From Treponema sp. (lineage in GTDB: Bacteria > Spirochaetota > Spirochaetia > Treponematales > Treponemataceae): 64,000 nt of DNA. A program made the position numbers and the translations under genes. Location: contig JAFOSK010000057.1 of the NCBI GenBank assembly GCA_017392945.1, forward strand, positions 13,918-77,917, read 5' to 3'. Position 1 is the first letter of the stretch, and the number at the start of each line of letters is the position of its first letter. This document shows positions 10,441 through 19,689 of this stretch, one piece after another. The notes beneath the pieces are model-generated. The model was not told the DNA's origin. It searched no databases and was given only the letters and a program-made list of their open reading frames with translations.

Positions 10441-10534
10441 AACGCAATAAGGCAGCATTGGAAAGTCGCTTTTAGTGATTTTTAATGTGCCGGATAATAA
10501 TAAAAAACAGGAATTGTTTATGAATAAGGAAATT

Positions 10535-11059
10535 ATGAATAAAAAAATGTTGATGCCGTTCATTCTTACGGTTTTTGTTGTGCTTGCTGATCAGATTACG
10601 AAATGTCTGATTGCGCATTATATTCCGCTAAATACTATTGGAAGTCAGTATTTTGGTGATTTTTTGCGTATAGTGCATGTTGCAAACACAGGGGTTGCAT
10701 TCAGTATAGGCTATTCTCTGCCGCTTGTACTAAGACGTTTATGTTTTGGAATTGTTCCGTTAATTGTAATGGTTCTTGTAATCAATGTTTATTTCCGTAA
10801 CAGGGATTTTAATTCATTGCAGAGATGGGCTATCTGCGGGATCGTTGGCGGCGGATTTGGAAATATTATAGACAGATTTTTCAGGGCAGAAGGTGTTGTA
10901 GATTTTATTGATGTGAAATTTTACGGAATTTTTGGCTTGCAGCGTTGGCCTACATTCAATGTTGCTGACATGGCTGTTGTAATCTGCGGAATCATACTTA
11001 TCATCTCTTTTGTAGTTTTGATCGGTAGTGAAAAAAAACAGAAGGATAATCAGAAATAG
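10535..11059 (+). CDS. lspA: Lipoprotein signal peptidase II
   Basis: 'DQITK', 'NTGVAFS', 'GGGFGNIIDR', 'VVDFI', 'FNVAD'. Start chosen after the AAGGA SD. Confidence 0.95.
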   Translation: MNKKMLMPFILTVFVVLADQITKCLIAHYIPLNTIGSQYFGDFLRIVHVANTGVAFSIGYSLPLVLRRLCFGIVPLIVMVLVINVYFRNRDFNSLQRWAICGIVGGGFGNIIDRFFRAEGVVDFIDVKFYGIFGLQRWPTFNVADMAVVICGIILIISFVVLIGSEKKQKDNQK

Positions 11060-11061
11060 TT

Positions 11062-11781
11062 ATGAAAAAGATTGGAATTATCGGGGCAATGGATGTTGAA
11101 GTAAATCTGCTCCTTGAAAAAATACAGAAAGACGGCGGATATAAAAAGACGGAAGCTGGTTCTCTTGCGTTTTATGAAGGTAATTTGTGCGGATGTTCTG
11201 TTGTAATTGTAAAAAGCGGAATCGGCAAGGTAAATGCAGCATTATGTGCTCAGCGTCTTATTATTCAGTTTGGCGTTGATTGCATAATAAACAGCGGTAT
11301 TGCCGGCTGCATGGCTAAAGGACTTGGTGTATTTGATTTTGCTGTTTCAACTGAAGCCGTTTATCACGATGTTGATGTTACTACCTGGGGATATAAATGC
11401 GGTCAGATTCCACAGATGAAGACCAGCGTATTTGAGGCTGACAAAAAGCTTATTGATTTTGCTAAGTCTGCTTTTGAAAAAAGCGAACTGGCGGCAAAGC
11501 ATAAGATTATGCTAGGGCGCATTGCTTCTGGTGATCAGTTTATATGTGATCCTGCCCTGAAAGCTTTGATAAAAGAAAGAATGAATCCAATTTGTGTTGA
11601 AATGGAGGGAGCCGCTATTGCTCATGCCTGCTGGCTGAATGGAATTCCATTTGTTATTCTACGCTGTATAAGCGATATGGCAGATGATAGTCAGGAATGT
11701 ACGTATGAGTTTAATGAGAAGGCTGCTGCGGAAGAAAGTTCCTGTATGCTTATGGAAATGCTGAAAGAGATGAGTGCTTAA
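11062..11781 (+). CDS. mtnN: 5'-methylthioadenosine/S-adenosylhomocysteine nucleosidase
   Basis: 'IGIIGAMDVE', 'SGIGKVNAA', 'SGDQF', 'VEMEGAAIAH', 'RCISDMAD'. Confidence 0.95.
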   Translation: MKKIGIIGAMDVEVNLLLEKIQKDGGYKKTEAGSLAFYEGNLCGCSVVIVKSGIGKVNAALCAQRLIIQFGVDCIINSGIAGCMAKGLGVFDFAVSTEAVYHDVDVTTWGYKCGQIPQMKTSVFEADKKLIDFAKSAFEKSELAAKHKIMLGRIASGDQFICDPALKALIKERMNPICVEMEGAAIAHACWLNGIPFVILRCISDMADDSQECTYEFNEKAAAEESSCMLMEMLKEMSA

Positions 11782-11938
11782 ATAAATTTATTTGCACTAT
11801 ATATTCAAATTACAGCTGAAGAATGGGGCTGGTTAATAAAGTTCAAGGGCAGAAATGTTTTTGAGGTAAAATATTTATGACGGATGAAGGATTTTATGTA
11901 GCTTGTAAAACTTTTTATTCGTTTGTTCAGGATATTGA

Positions 11939-13456
11939 ATGAATTTAATTTCAAAATTTAAGGAGACTATAAATTCCGTTCTTCCGGTAATGGCGATAGT
12001 CATTGTTCTGGGACTTACTGCGGCACCTTTGGGAGGTGGGCTCCTTGTTCGTTTTGTATTGGGCGGGCTGTTGCTGATTCTTGGACTTACGTTCTTTTTG
12101 CTCGGGGTTGACGTGGGCATTCAGCCTTTAGGCGAACAGAGTGGTGCTGCGCTTACTAGTAAAAAAAGTCTTCCTCTTCTTTTGGTTGTTTCGTTTGTAA
12201 TAGGATTTCTTGTAACAGTTGCAGAACCTGATATTCAGGTTTTTGGAGATCAGATTCATTCTGTTTTTTCTGCCGTAAACAAATCTCATATTGTGTATAT
12301 GATTGCCCTTGGCGTAGGTTTTTTTATAATGGCAGGTTTGTTTCGTACGATAGTAAGCATAAATCTTAAGCTCACCTTTCTTATATGTTACGCCGGTATT
12401 TTTGTGCTTACTTTTTTTACACCAGAGGCATTCCGCGGCATAGCGTTTGATTCTGGTGGTGCCACTACAGGTCCTATGACGGTTCCATTTATACTTGCGC
12501 TGGGCGTTGGTGTTTCCAGTGTTCGTGCAAGTGGCAGAAACAGCAATAATGCGGAAAGTTTCGGCCTTACAGGTGTTACTTCTGTGGGACCGGTTGCAGC
12601 GATGCTTGTGTATGGTATTATTCTTGCGCAATCAGGAAGTCTTGTGTCAGAGACGATTGGTAGCGGAGAACATGCTGCAAGTTCTGGCTTTAAGGTTTTT
12701 ATTGATATAATACCGGATGTGGTTCACGAATCATTTCTATCGATTGTTCCTGTTGTTCTGATGCTTTTTGTTTTTCAGATTTTTTTATTAAGGCTTCCGC
12801 CGCATAAGTTTATCCGCATTATAATAGGTATTGTGTATGCGTTTATAGGACTTACGGTTTTTTTGATTGGCGTTAAAGGTGGATTTATGGAAGCCGGTTC
12901 AAAACTTGGAATGATTTTGGGTACGAAGGCTTCTGAAATAGGCGGTTTTTGGTATTTTCTTTTGATTTTTACAGGACTTGTGCTGGGTGCTGTTGTTGTT
13001 TGCGCTGAACCAGCCGTATGGGTACTTACCGAGCAGGTTGAAAATCTTTCTGGCGGCACTATAAGGCGTAAGTTCATGATGGTTTTTTTGAGTGCAGGAG
13101 CGGCCATTGCAATCGGTCTTACCATGTGGCGCGCGCTTGCCGGGTTTAGCCTGATGAATATTCTTGTTCCGGGGTATGTCATTGCTCTTTCACTGATGAT
13201 TTTCTGTCCGTCTCTTTTTACGGGAATTGCATTTGATTCTGGGGGGGTTGCGTCAGGTCCGATAACTTCTACTTTTGTGCTTTCGTTTACTATTGGTGCA
13301 AGTCAGGCGGCTGGCGGATCTTGTGATTCTTTCGGAGTTATTGCCCTTGTTGCAATGACACCGCTTATAGCGATTCAGATTTTGGGAATTGTATATAACA
13401 TTAAGCTTAAGCATATTCAGAAAATAAAAATCGGTCAGGCAGGGGGTGAAAAATAA
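11939..13456 (+). CDS. Tandem DUF1538 membrane protein
   Basis: Two internal repeats, each with 'AEP', 'IAFDSGG(AT/VA)(T/S)GP(M/I)T' and 'SFG'; many TM helices. Confidence 0.85.
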   Translation: MNLISKFKETINSVLPVMAIVIVLGLTAAPLGGGLLVRFVLGGLLLILGLTFFLLGVDVGIQPLGEQSGAALTSKKSLPLLLVVSFVIGFLVTVAEPDIQVFGDQIHSVFSAVNKSHIVYMIALGVGFFIMAGLFRTIVSINLKLTFLICYAGIFVLTFFTPEAFRGIAFDSGGATTGPMTVPFILALGVGVSSVRASGRNSNNAESFGLTGVTSVGPVAAMLVYGIILAQSGSLVSETIGSGEHAASSGFKVFIDIIPDVVHESFLSIVPVVLMLFVFQIFLLRLPPHKFIRIIIGIVYAFIGLTVFLIGVKGGFMEAGSKLGMILGTKASEIGGFWYFLLIFTGLVLGAVVVCAEPAVWVLTEQVENLSGGTIRRKFMMVFLSAGAAIAIGLTMWRALAGFSLMNILVPGYVIALSLMIFCPSLFTGIAFDSGGVASGPITSTFVLSFTIGASQAAGGSCDSFGVIALVAMTPLIAIQILGIVYNIKLKHIQKIKIGQAGGEK

Positions 13457-14100
13457 TGTCTCCTTACAATATGATAATAGCAATCGTACCGCGTGGTTCC
13501 GCGGAACTGATAACGCATGCGGCTGTTGATGCGGGAGCTGGAGGAGGAACTGTTTCCCGTGGAAAGGGAACGGCCGCAAATTCGATTCTTCAGATTTTAG
13601 GTTTTGCAGACAGTGATAAAGATCTTGTCTACATTCTTACAGCGGCTGATAAAACTGAGCCGGTTTTGAATGCCATGAAAGATGCTGCAAGTGACAAGAA
13701 ACAGCCCTTCGGAATTATTTTTACCGTAGGCGTGAATTCTTTTATAAAAGCCGGAACTGTTTCCGGAAGGAATGAGAATATGACTGAAACTACACATCAG
13801 TTGATAACAATAATCGTAAACAAGGGGTTTGCAGATGACGCAATGGCAGCTGCAAGAAAGGCTGGCGCAGGCGGTGGAACTATCATGAATGCACGCGGAA
13901 CAGCCCGCCCAGGTGACGAAACATTCTTTGGTATGGAAATTGTTCCTGAAAAAGACATGATTGTTATAGTTGCAGAAAATTCTAAGGTTCAGCCTATTCT
14001 TGATGCAATAAAAGAACTTCCATGTCTTGCTAAACCAGGAAGCGGAATTGCTTTTGCAAGCCCTGCTGAAAATTTCACTTTGTTGGGAAAGAAGAAATAA
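13456..14100 (+). CDS. Double-domain P-II-like regulator
   Basis: Two repeats of 'IV.(R/K)G.A......A...GAGGGT....(K/R)GTA' and C-terminal 'PGSGIAF'. Coupled to the upstream gene by TAATG. Confidence 0.85.
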   Translation: MSPYNMIIAIVPRGSAELITHAAVDAGAGGGTVSRGKGTAANSILQILGFADSDKDLVYILTAADKTEPVLNAMKDAASDKKQPFGIIFTVGVNSFIKAGTVSGRNENMTETTHQLITIIVNKGFADDAMAAARKAGAGGGTIMNARGTARPGDETFFGMEIVPEKDMIVIVAENSKVQPILDAIKELPCLAKPGSGIAFASPAENFTLLGKKK

Positions 14101-15095
14101 TGTCTGTAAAAGATACGGTTTTTTCGGTTCTGAAAGATACTTCCAATGACGGGGGCTGGGTTTCTGGTCAGGAACTTGCGGATGCCTGTGGCGTTACACG
14201 GACTTCTGTATGGAAGGCAGTGAAATCACTTCAGGCTTGTGGTGCAGAAATAGAAGCCGTGACCAACAAGGGGTACAGGCTTTTGAGAACCAACATATTC
14301 AATGCTGAATCTATCCGCTCTTTTCTGGCTGATAAGTCGGTTCAGGTTGATTTTTTTGATAAGATAGATTCTACCAATACAGAAGGAAAAAGAAGAATTG
14401 TTTCTGGAGACGCAAAAAAATTACATCGCTCTGTGATTGTTGCGGCTGAGCAGACAGAAGGTCGCGGTAGGCTTGGAAGAAAATTCTATTCGCCAGTAAA
14501 TACGGGAATTTATCTTTCTATATTGTATTCTCCGGGAAAAATTTCTTCCCCTGGTTTGTTTACCGCAAATGCTGCAGTGGGGGTTTCCCGCGCTATAAAA
14601 AAAGTATACGGTGTTGAATGCGGCATAAAGTGGGTTAATGATATTTTTATAGGTGGAAAAAAAATCTGCGGGATTTTAACAGAGGGTGTTACAGATTTTG
14701 AATCAGGGATGATTGAAGCTGCGGTTATTGGAATCGGTGTAAATATTATGAATAATGCATTGCTTCCACAGGATGTTGCCGGTGGTGTTTATAGTGAATG
14801 CTCTGGGGTGGATACTAAGCGGAGCGAACTAGCGGCTGAAATTGTGAATGAGACGCTTTTAATTTTGGATGGCGGTGAATCTGCAGTAAATGAATCTATG
14901 AAAGAATATAAGGCGAGATCCATTCTTATCGGCAGGGAAATTGAGGTGACTCCCGTAATCGGGCAGGATGAAGGGAAATATTTCTGTACTCCGGTGGATA
15001 TAACAGAAGATGCAAAGCTTGTTGTTCGGCTTCCTGATGGTTCCGAAAAAATGCTTGATTGTGGAGAAGTTTCTATAAATTCTTCAAAAGTGTGA
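14100..15095 (+). CDS. birA: Bifunctional biotin-protein ligase/repressor BirA
   Basis: N-terminal HTH 'SGQELA...TRTSVWKAV', 'DSTN', 'QTEGRGRLGR', 'IKWVND', 'KICGILTE'. Confidence 0.95.
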   Translation: MSVKDTVFSVLKDTSNDGGWVSGQELADACGVTRTSVWKAVKSLQACGAEIEAVTNKGYRLLRTNIFNAESIRSFLADKSVQVDFFDKIDSTNTEGKRRIVSGDAKKLHRSVIVAAEQTEGRGRLGRKFYSPVNTGIYLSILYSPGKISSPGLFTANAAVGVSRAIKKVYGVECGIKWVNDIFIGGKKICGILTEGVTDFESGMIEAAVIGIGVNIMNNALLPQDVAGGVYSECSGVDTKRSELAAEIVNETLLILDGGESAVNESMKEYKARSILIGREIEVTPVIGQDEGKYFCTPVDITEDAKLVVRLPDGSEKMLDCGEVSINSSKV

Positions 15096-15101
15096 TATAA
15101 T
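15093..15101 (+). promoter_or_regulatory. Extended -10 sigma70 promoter (TGaTATAAT) for the 15122 gene
   Basis: Perfect TGnTATAAT overlapping the birA stop codon, about 20 nt before ATG15122 (GGAG SD). Confidence 0.6.
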
Positions 15102-15121
15102 GGTTTAAATATGGAGTTGTT

Positions 15122-16819
15122 ATGAGTGACGATTTTGCTTCCCAGATAGATGCATTATTGGCAGACGTAAAAGATGAATCTAGTCGTACCGGAACAGTGG
15201 ATGCGGGTTCTGCACGTTCAGGCATGAATTCTTTTTCAATGACAGGTGCAGAAGAAAAAAAGGGTAATGGTGTTCCTGTAAATAAATCAGTACATACAGT
15301 AGATCTTAGCGTAAAATCATTCCCAGAGGTAACGGAGCTTACTTCGGAATTTCCAACCGATATATTTGATGACAAATCTTATTATAAAACTGCTCTTACT
15401 GGCGAAAATCAGTCGGCACAGCGTCTTCATCAGGTTCTTTCTAAGTATTTAACTTGTCAGGATCCTAAGGACAGGACTGTATTCCGCCAGCAGATTATTT
15501 CTGCATATTGGGAACTTGTGCGTGGTATGGCTCCTAAGATGGCAGATGTGAATCTTCCTAAGCCTAAGCGTATGCTTTTGCGTTTTGGAGTTCTGCTTCC
15601 TTCTTTGTTCCGGCCTGAACAGAAGCAGTTTTTTTCTAAGATTTTTTATGAAAACCGCCTTGGTGAGCCAATTTTTTATGTTGATGAATGGTTCATGGAA
15701 ATTGCATCTGGACGTCTTTCTAACTCTATGACTGACGAAAAGAGAACTCCTCATAAAGCTGCAACGCCGGAAGAAGCTGCAAGCATGGAACAGACAAGAT
15801 TACAGCAGCTTCAGCAGAAGAATTCCGGTAAACTGCAGAGTGCGGAAAATATTCTTAACATAAAAGAAAACGAACGGACGATGCTGGAAGTTGAGCTAAA
15901 AGATAGAATTGAAATCCTTTGTACTCATAATCCGATTATCGGAAGTGAACCTCATACACAGCCTTATACAGATACACAGCAGAGACTTTTTGCTGAAATT
16001 ACGGACAGATTGCACCGGCTTTCTAAAAACGGAAAGGAACTTGCCCGATGTCTTAAAGATTATGAAGAAGCAAAGGGGGTATATGCAAGCGTAGAAAGCA
16101 AGCTTACTGGTGCACCTCAGACTCAGGCTGCTGATACGACTGCAGTAAATACAGAATATGAAACAGTCCGTCAGATGGCAAAGATGACTGTTGGTCGTCA
16201 GGGAAACCAGTTCCCTCTGTTTACACGGGAATTTTATCATTGTATGGAAAAAGGAACTGGAACCCGTGAAAATGTTATGGAAATCCTTCGCTGGGTCGAA
16301 TCATTGGATCCGGGTGCATTCTGCCGTGTTCATAAAAATATTCCGAATAGGATTCCGCCTTATGTTCTCCTTTTGCCGACTTATGGTGACCGCGGATTCT
16401 GTTGGGAACCGTTTGACCGATATAACCGCGTAACCAGCCGAGGACGAATTGTAATTCCTATGTATCCGCGTGATTTGAAAATTGCGGTTCTTACAGCTGT
16501 TGCAGACCTTCGCTGGCAGGTTGCAAAGGAAAAGGCTTCGTATTATTGGATGGAAGAAGGTCTAACCGGGCAGTATTATCAGTATATTGACCGCCAAAAA
16601 CTTAAGGGAGATCTTAAGGCATTCTTTATTGAAGATTATGTTTTGTGGATGACAAAGGAAGCGAATGGTGTTCAACGTCTTGATAAAGAAGTCCGCGGAA
16701 TTTTCTGGAGAAATATGCCGTATCCTGATGAACTTAAGCAGGAACTTCGTAAGCGAAGTCTTGTTTACGATGAGCTTTGTATCAAAGATAATAACCGAGC
16801 AATGAGCGACGGATATTGA
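15122..16819 (+). CDS. Conserved hypothetical cytoplasmic protein with a coiled coil
   Basis: 565-aa ORF with typical codon usage and a conserved-looking C-terminal domain ('LLPTYGDRGFCWE', 'LRWQVAKE', 'FIEDYVLW'). Confidence 0.75.
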   Translation: MSDDFASQIDALLADVKDESSRTGTVDAGSARSGMNSFSMTGAEEKKGNGVPVNKSVHTVDLSVKSFPEVTELTSEFPTDIFDDKSYYKTALTGENQSAQRLHQVLSKYLTCQDPKDRTVFRQQIISAYWELVRGMAPKMADVNLPKPKRMLLRFGVLLPSLFRPEQKQFFSKIFYENRLGEPIFYVDEWFMEIASGRLSNSMTDEKRTPHKAATPEEAASMEQTRLQQLQQKNSGKLQSAENILNIKENERTMLEVELKDRIEILCTHNPIIGSEPHTQPYTDTQQRLFAEITDRLHRLSKNGKELARCLKDYEEAKGVYASVESKLTGAPQTQAADTTAVNTEYETVRQMAKMTVGRQGNQFPLFTREFYHCMEKGTGTRENVMEILRWVESLDPGAFCRVHKNIPNRIPPYVLLLPTYGDRGFCWEPFDRYNRVTSRGRIVIPMYPRDLKIAVLTAVADLRWQVAKEKASYYWMEEGLTGQYYQYIDRQKLKGDLKAFFIEDYVLWMTKEANGVQRLDKEVRGIFWRNMPYPDELKQELRKRSLVYDELCIKDNNRAMSDGY

Positions 16820-16841
16820 TAAAACGCTTGGAAAATCACTG

Positions 16842-17663
16842 TTACAAGGTACAGACCTGAGGACAGCCGAAAACAGGATGATTGAAAATCCTGAATTCTG
16901 CATTATAGACAGCCGAAAGATTTTTTTCTGTAAGGATGAGCTCAGGCGTATTTTGAATTGGCGGAGATTTTTTTGGCAGAAGAATTATTTCATCCGCAAA
17001 TCTTGATGCGATATTCAGATCGTGGATCGAAATTAGGATTCCGTGGTTCTGCTGCTTTGCAATTTTTTTTAAAAGTGAAAGAAGAACTGGTTCATAGGAG
17101 ATGTCAAGTCCGGCGCATGGTTCGTCCAATAGCATGAAAGCTGGTTTTTGTGCTACGGTGCGTGCAATACGCACTTTTTGGAATTCTCCGCCGGAAAGGC
17201 TGAAAGTACTTCGGTCCAGCAGATCAGAGATGTTCAAAAGTTTCGCAGATTCTTTTACGATTTCATAGTCGCTTTCTGTGTAGTCTGTTCCAGAATGTGC
17301 AAATCTTCCTGTAAGGATTGTTTCAAAAACACTGGTTTCCCATGCGCTGTGTTCGCTTTGCCCCATGAATCCTATTTGTTTTGCTGTTTCGAGCCGGTTC
17401 AATCTGTTGATAAAAATTTTATCAGTTTCACACGAACCTTGTATGAAAGGAAGACTTTTTGCTGATTTAATCTGTAAAGAGCTGTTTTTTTTCCCTTCAA
17501 GTCCCGCAAGCAGAGTCATTAAGGTTGATTTTCCGCTTCCGTTTGGACCTGCAAGGCATACAAGTTTTCCTTGTTCTATTTTTACTGTTACGTTCTCTAA
17601 TACGTTTGAGTTTTTATTTTTGTTCTTATAAAATGCATTTAATTCTTCACATTTGAGGATCAT
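16842..17663 (-). CDS. Iron-siderophore/cobalamin ABC transporter ATP-binding subunit
   Basis: 'GPNGSGKST', 'LSGGEFQKVRIAR', 'LLDEP', 'HDLNIA'. Confidence 0.92.
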   Translation of the reverse strand: MILKCEELNAFYKNKNKNSNVLENVTVKIEQGKLVCLAGPNGSGKSTLMTLLAGLEGKKNSSLQIKSAKSLPFIQGSCETDKIFINRLNRLETAKQIGFMGQSEHSAWETSVFETILTGRFAHSGTDYTESDYEIVKESAKLLNISDLLDRSTFSLSGGEFQKVRIARTVAQKPAFMLLDEPCAGLDISYEPVLLSLLKKIAKQQNHGILISIHDLNIASRFADEIILLPKKSPPIQNTPELILTEKNLSAVYNAEFRIFNHPVFGCPQVCTL

Positions 17664-17672
17664 CGTAAACTC

Positions 17673-18680
17673 CTATCTTTTGTTAGAGCTGGAAAAAATC
17701 AGGGAGACAAAGAATGGCGCTCCAAGGAGGGAAGTTATAATTCCTGTTGGGAGTTCTGCCGGAGAGATCGCGGTTCTGGCAATTGTGTCGCTGATAATAA
17801 GTAAAATTGCACCAAAAATCATGGAAACGCTTATAAGAGATTTTCCTTTTGTACCAATAAAATGACGTACGATGTGTGGCGCAATAAGACCGACAAAGTT
17901 TATTGTACCTCCGGCACATACTGCGGCACTTACGGCAAGAGATGCGGAAATTAAAATCATTGTGCGCAGACGTTTTGTTTCAAGCCCCAATGACTGGGCT
18001 GTGCGTTCTCCTCCAGAGAGCAGATCCAGTTTGTTTGAGCAGAATATCAGCAGTGCAAGGGAAATGACTGCCGGCGCAATTACAAAACGAACTTCTGTCC
18101 AGCCACGGCCGTTAAAGCTGCCTAAAATCCAGTAGTAAAGTCCGTTTACCTGGCGGATTCTGGTCATAAGTATAATAGATGTAACGGCCGCATAGAACGT
18201 GCCTAACGCAGTTCCGCACAAAAGAAGTGTAATTCCGCTGCCAGTTCCGTTTTGTTTTTGTGAAATAATTATGATTATTATTCCGGCAAGGATTGCGCCG
18301 ACAAATGCAAATACGTTTATCGGACTTAATGTGCCGAACAGAATACTTGAAATACCAGCGGCTTGCGCTGTTACGGCGCCCAAAGTGGCTCCGCTTGAAA
18401 TGCCCATTATCCCTGGTTCTGCAAGGGAATTTCTGAAGTACATCTGAAAAGCGGCACCTGATGCAGAAAGCAAGGCTCCTGCGGTAAGGGCAAGAATTGT
18501 GCGGGGAAGCCTGAGAGAAAATATGATTGTATGAGAAAGGCTTTTTGAGTTTGTAAATGCTTCGACAAGTTGTGTTGGGGTCAGTTTTTGTGAGCCAAGC
18601 AGCAGGGAAGCTGAAAAAGTTAATGCGAGCAGCAGAAATGCAGCTCCTGTAAAAATAATCTCTTTTGTCTTTTTATTCAT
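17673..18680 (-). CDS. FecCD/BtuC-family ABC permease
   Basis: 'LRLPR', 'RNSLAEPGIMGISSGA', 'FVGLIAPH', 'ELPTGIITSLLGAPFF'. Confidence 0.93.
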   Translation of the reverse strand: MNKKTKEIIFTGAAFLLLALTFSASLLLGSQKLTPTQLVEAFTNSKSLSHTIIFSLRLPRTILALTAGALLSASGAAFQMYFRNSLAEPGIMGISSGATLGAVTAQAAGISSILFGTLSPINVFAFVGAILAGIIIIIISQKQNGTGSGITLLLCGTALGTFYAAVTSIILMTRIRQVNGLYYWILGSFNGRGWTEVRFVIAPAVISLALLIFCSNKLDLLSGGERTAQSLGLETKRLRTMILISASLAVSAAVCAGGTINFVGLIAPHIVRHFIGTKGKSLISVSMIFGAILLIISDTIARTAISPAELPTGIITSLLGAPFFVSLIFSSSNKR

Positions 18681-19521
18681 GAAGAGCCTTTGCAATGACT
18701 TCTGCAGTTTCTGCTATGCGAGGGCTCGGCCGGGAAACCAGGTCCGAATCCATTTCAAAAATCCTGTTGTTTTTTACGGCAGGAATTTCTTTCCATCCTT
18801 CACGTTTCTTTACGGATTTTATTCCGTCGCTTACATGATCTGGTATTATGATTACTTCCGGTTTTGCAGAAAAGATTTTTTCTTCACTTACGATCGGATA
18901 TGCTTGGGCAATTTCACTGAAAATATTCTTTCCGCCGGCATATTCAATAAGTTCGTTTATAAAAGAATCTTTTCCTACGCTCATATAAGGCGGATTCCAG
19001 ACTTCCCAATAAACAGAGACTGGTTCCGTGTTTTCGTATTTCTTTCTTAAATCATTAAGTTCCTGTTCAATTCCAGCGGTCAGTTTTTTTGCTTTTTCGA
19101 AATGTCCTGTAATCTTTCCTATTTCCAGAATTTCTTCGATTACAGATTCTACAGAATTTGCATTTGAAATATAGTACGAAATTCCGTTTTGTTTTAAAAG
19201 AGGTAAAAGATGATCATGCATTCCTTCTGCAAGATAGACAAAATCGGGATTGAAAGAAAGGACTGTCTCCAGGCTGATAATTTTTCCGTCGAATCCGCCG
19301 GCACTTGGAAGCTTGGAAACTTCTGGTGGATAATCACAGAAGTCGGTTCTTGCAGCAAGCTGATCCATTGCATCCAGTGCACAGATAATTTCCGTTCCGG
19401 CCGGAGAAAGAGAAACAATTCGTTCCGGGATTTTTGTGTTTGCCTGCTTTTCTTTTGTGCATCCTGAAAAAACAAAACTTACAGAAATTAACAGGAATGT
19501 TGCCGCAATTTTTTTAATCAT
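18673..19521 (-). CDS. BtuF/YvrC-like ABC substrate-binding lipoprotein
   Basis: Lipobox 'FSGC', 'RIVSLSPAGTEII', 'DYP', 'GGKNIF', 'PAVKNNRI', 'RPSPR'. Confidence 0.9.
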   Translation of the reverse strand: MIKKIAATFLLISVSFVFSGCTKEKQANTKIPERIVSLSPAGTEIICALDAMDQLAARTDFCDYPPEVSKLPSAGGFDGKIISLETVLSFNPDFVYLAEGMHDHLLPLLKQNGISYYISNANSVESVIEEILEIGKITGHFEKAKKLTAGIEQELNDLRKKYENTEPVSVYWEVWNPPYMSVGKDSFINELIEYAGGKNIFSEIAQAYPIVSEEKIFSAKPEVIIIPDHVSDGIKSVKKREGWKEIPAVKNNRIFEMDSDLVSRPSPRIAETAEVIAKALHE

Positions 19522-19689
19522 TATGAGCCGCCTGAATCAAAGTCTTTTTTGAATTTAGGACGATAGAAATGGTATTGTCAATAAGAAGAGGGTAAAATAT
19601 CTTTGAAAACGCGTTATAAAGTTTTAAGTATTATAAGATTAGTGCACAAAAAAGCAACTTCAACCAAAAAAATGTGCTACAATATCCGC

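Noticed and set aside
19522-19689. Cobalamin riboswitch upstream of the BtuF-like operon
   Set aside because: Short AT-rich divergent region with no B12-box (GGGAA...GCCACTG) visible; the transporter substrate remains unassigned.
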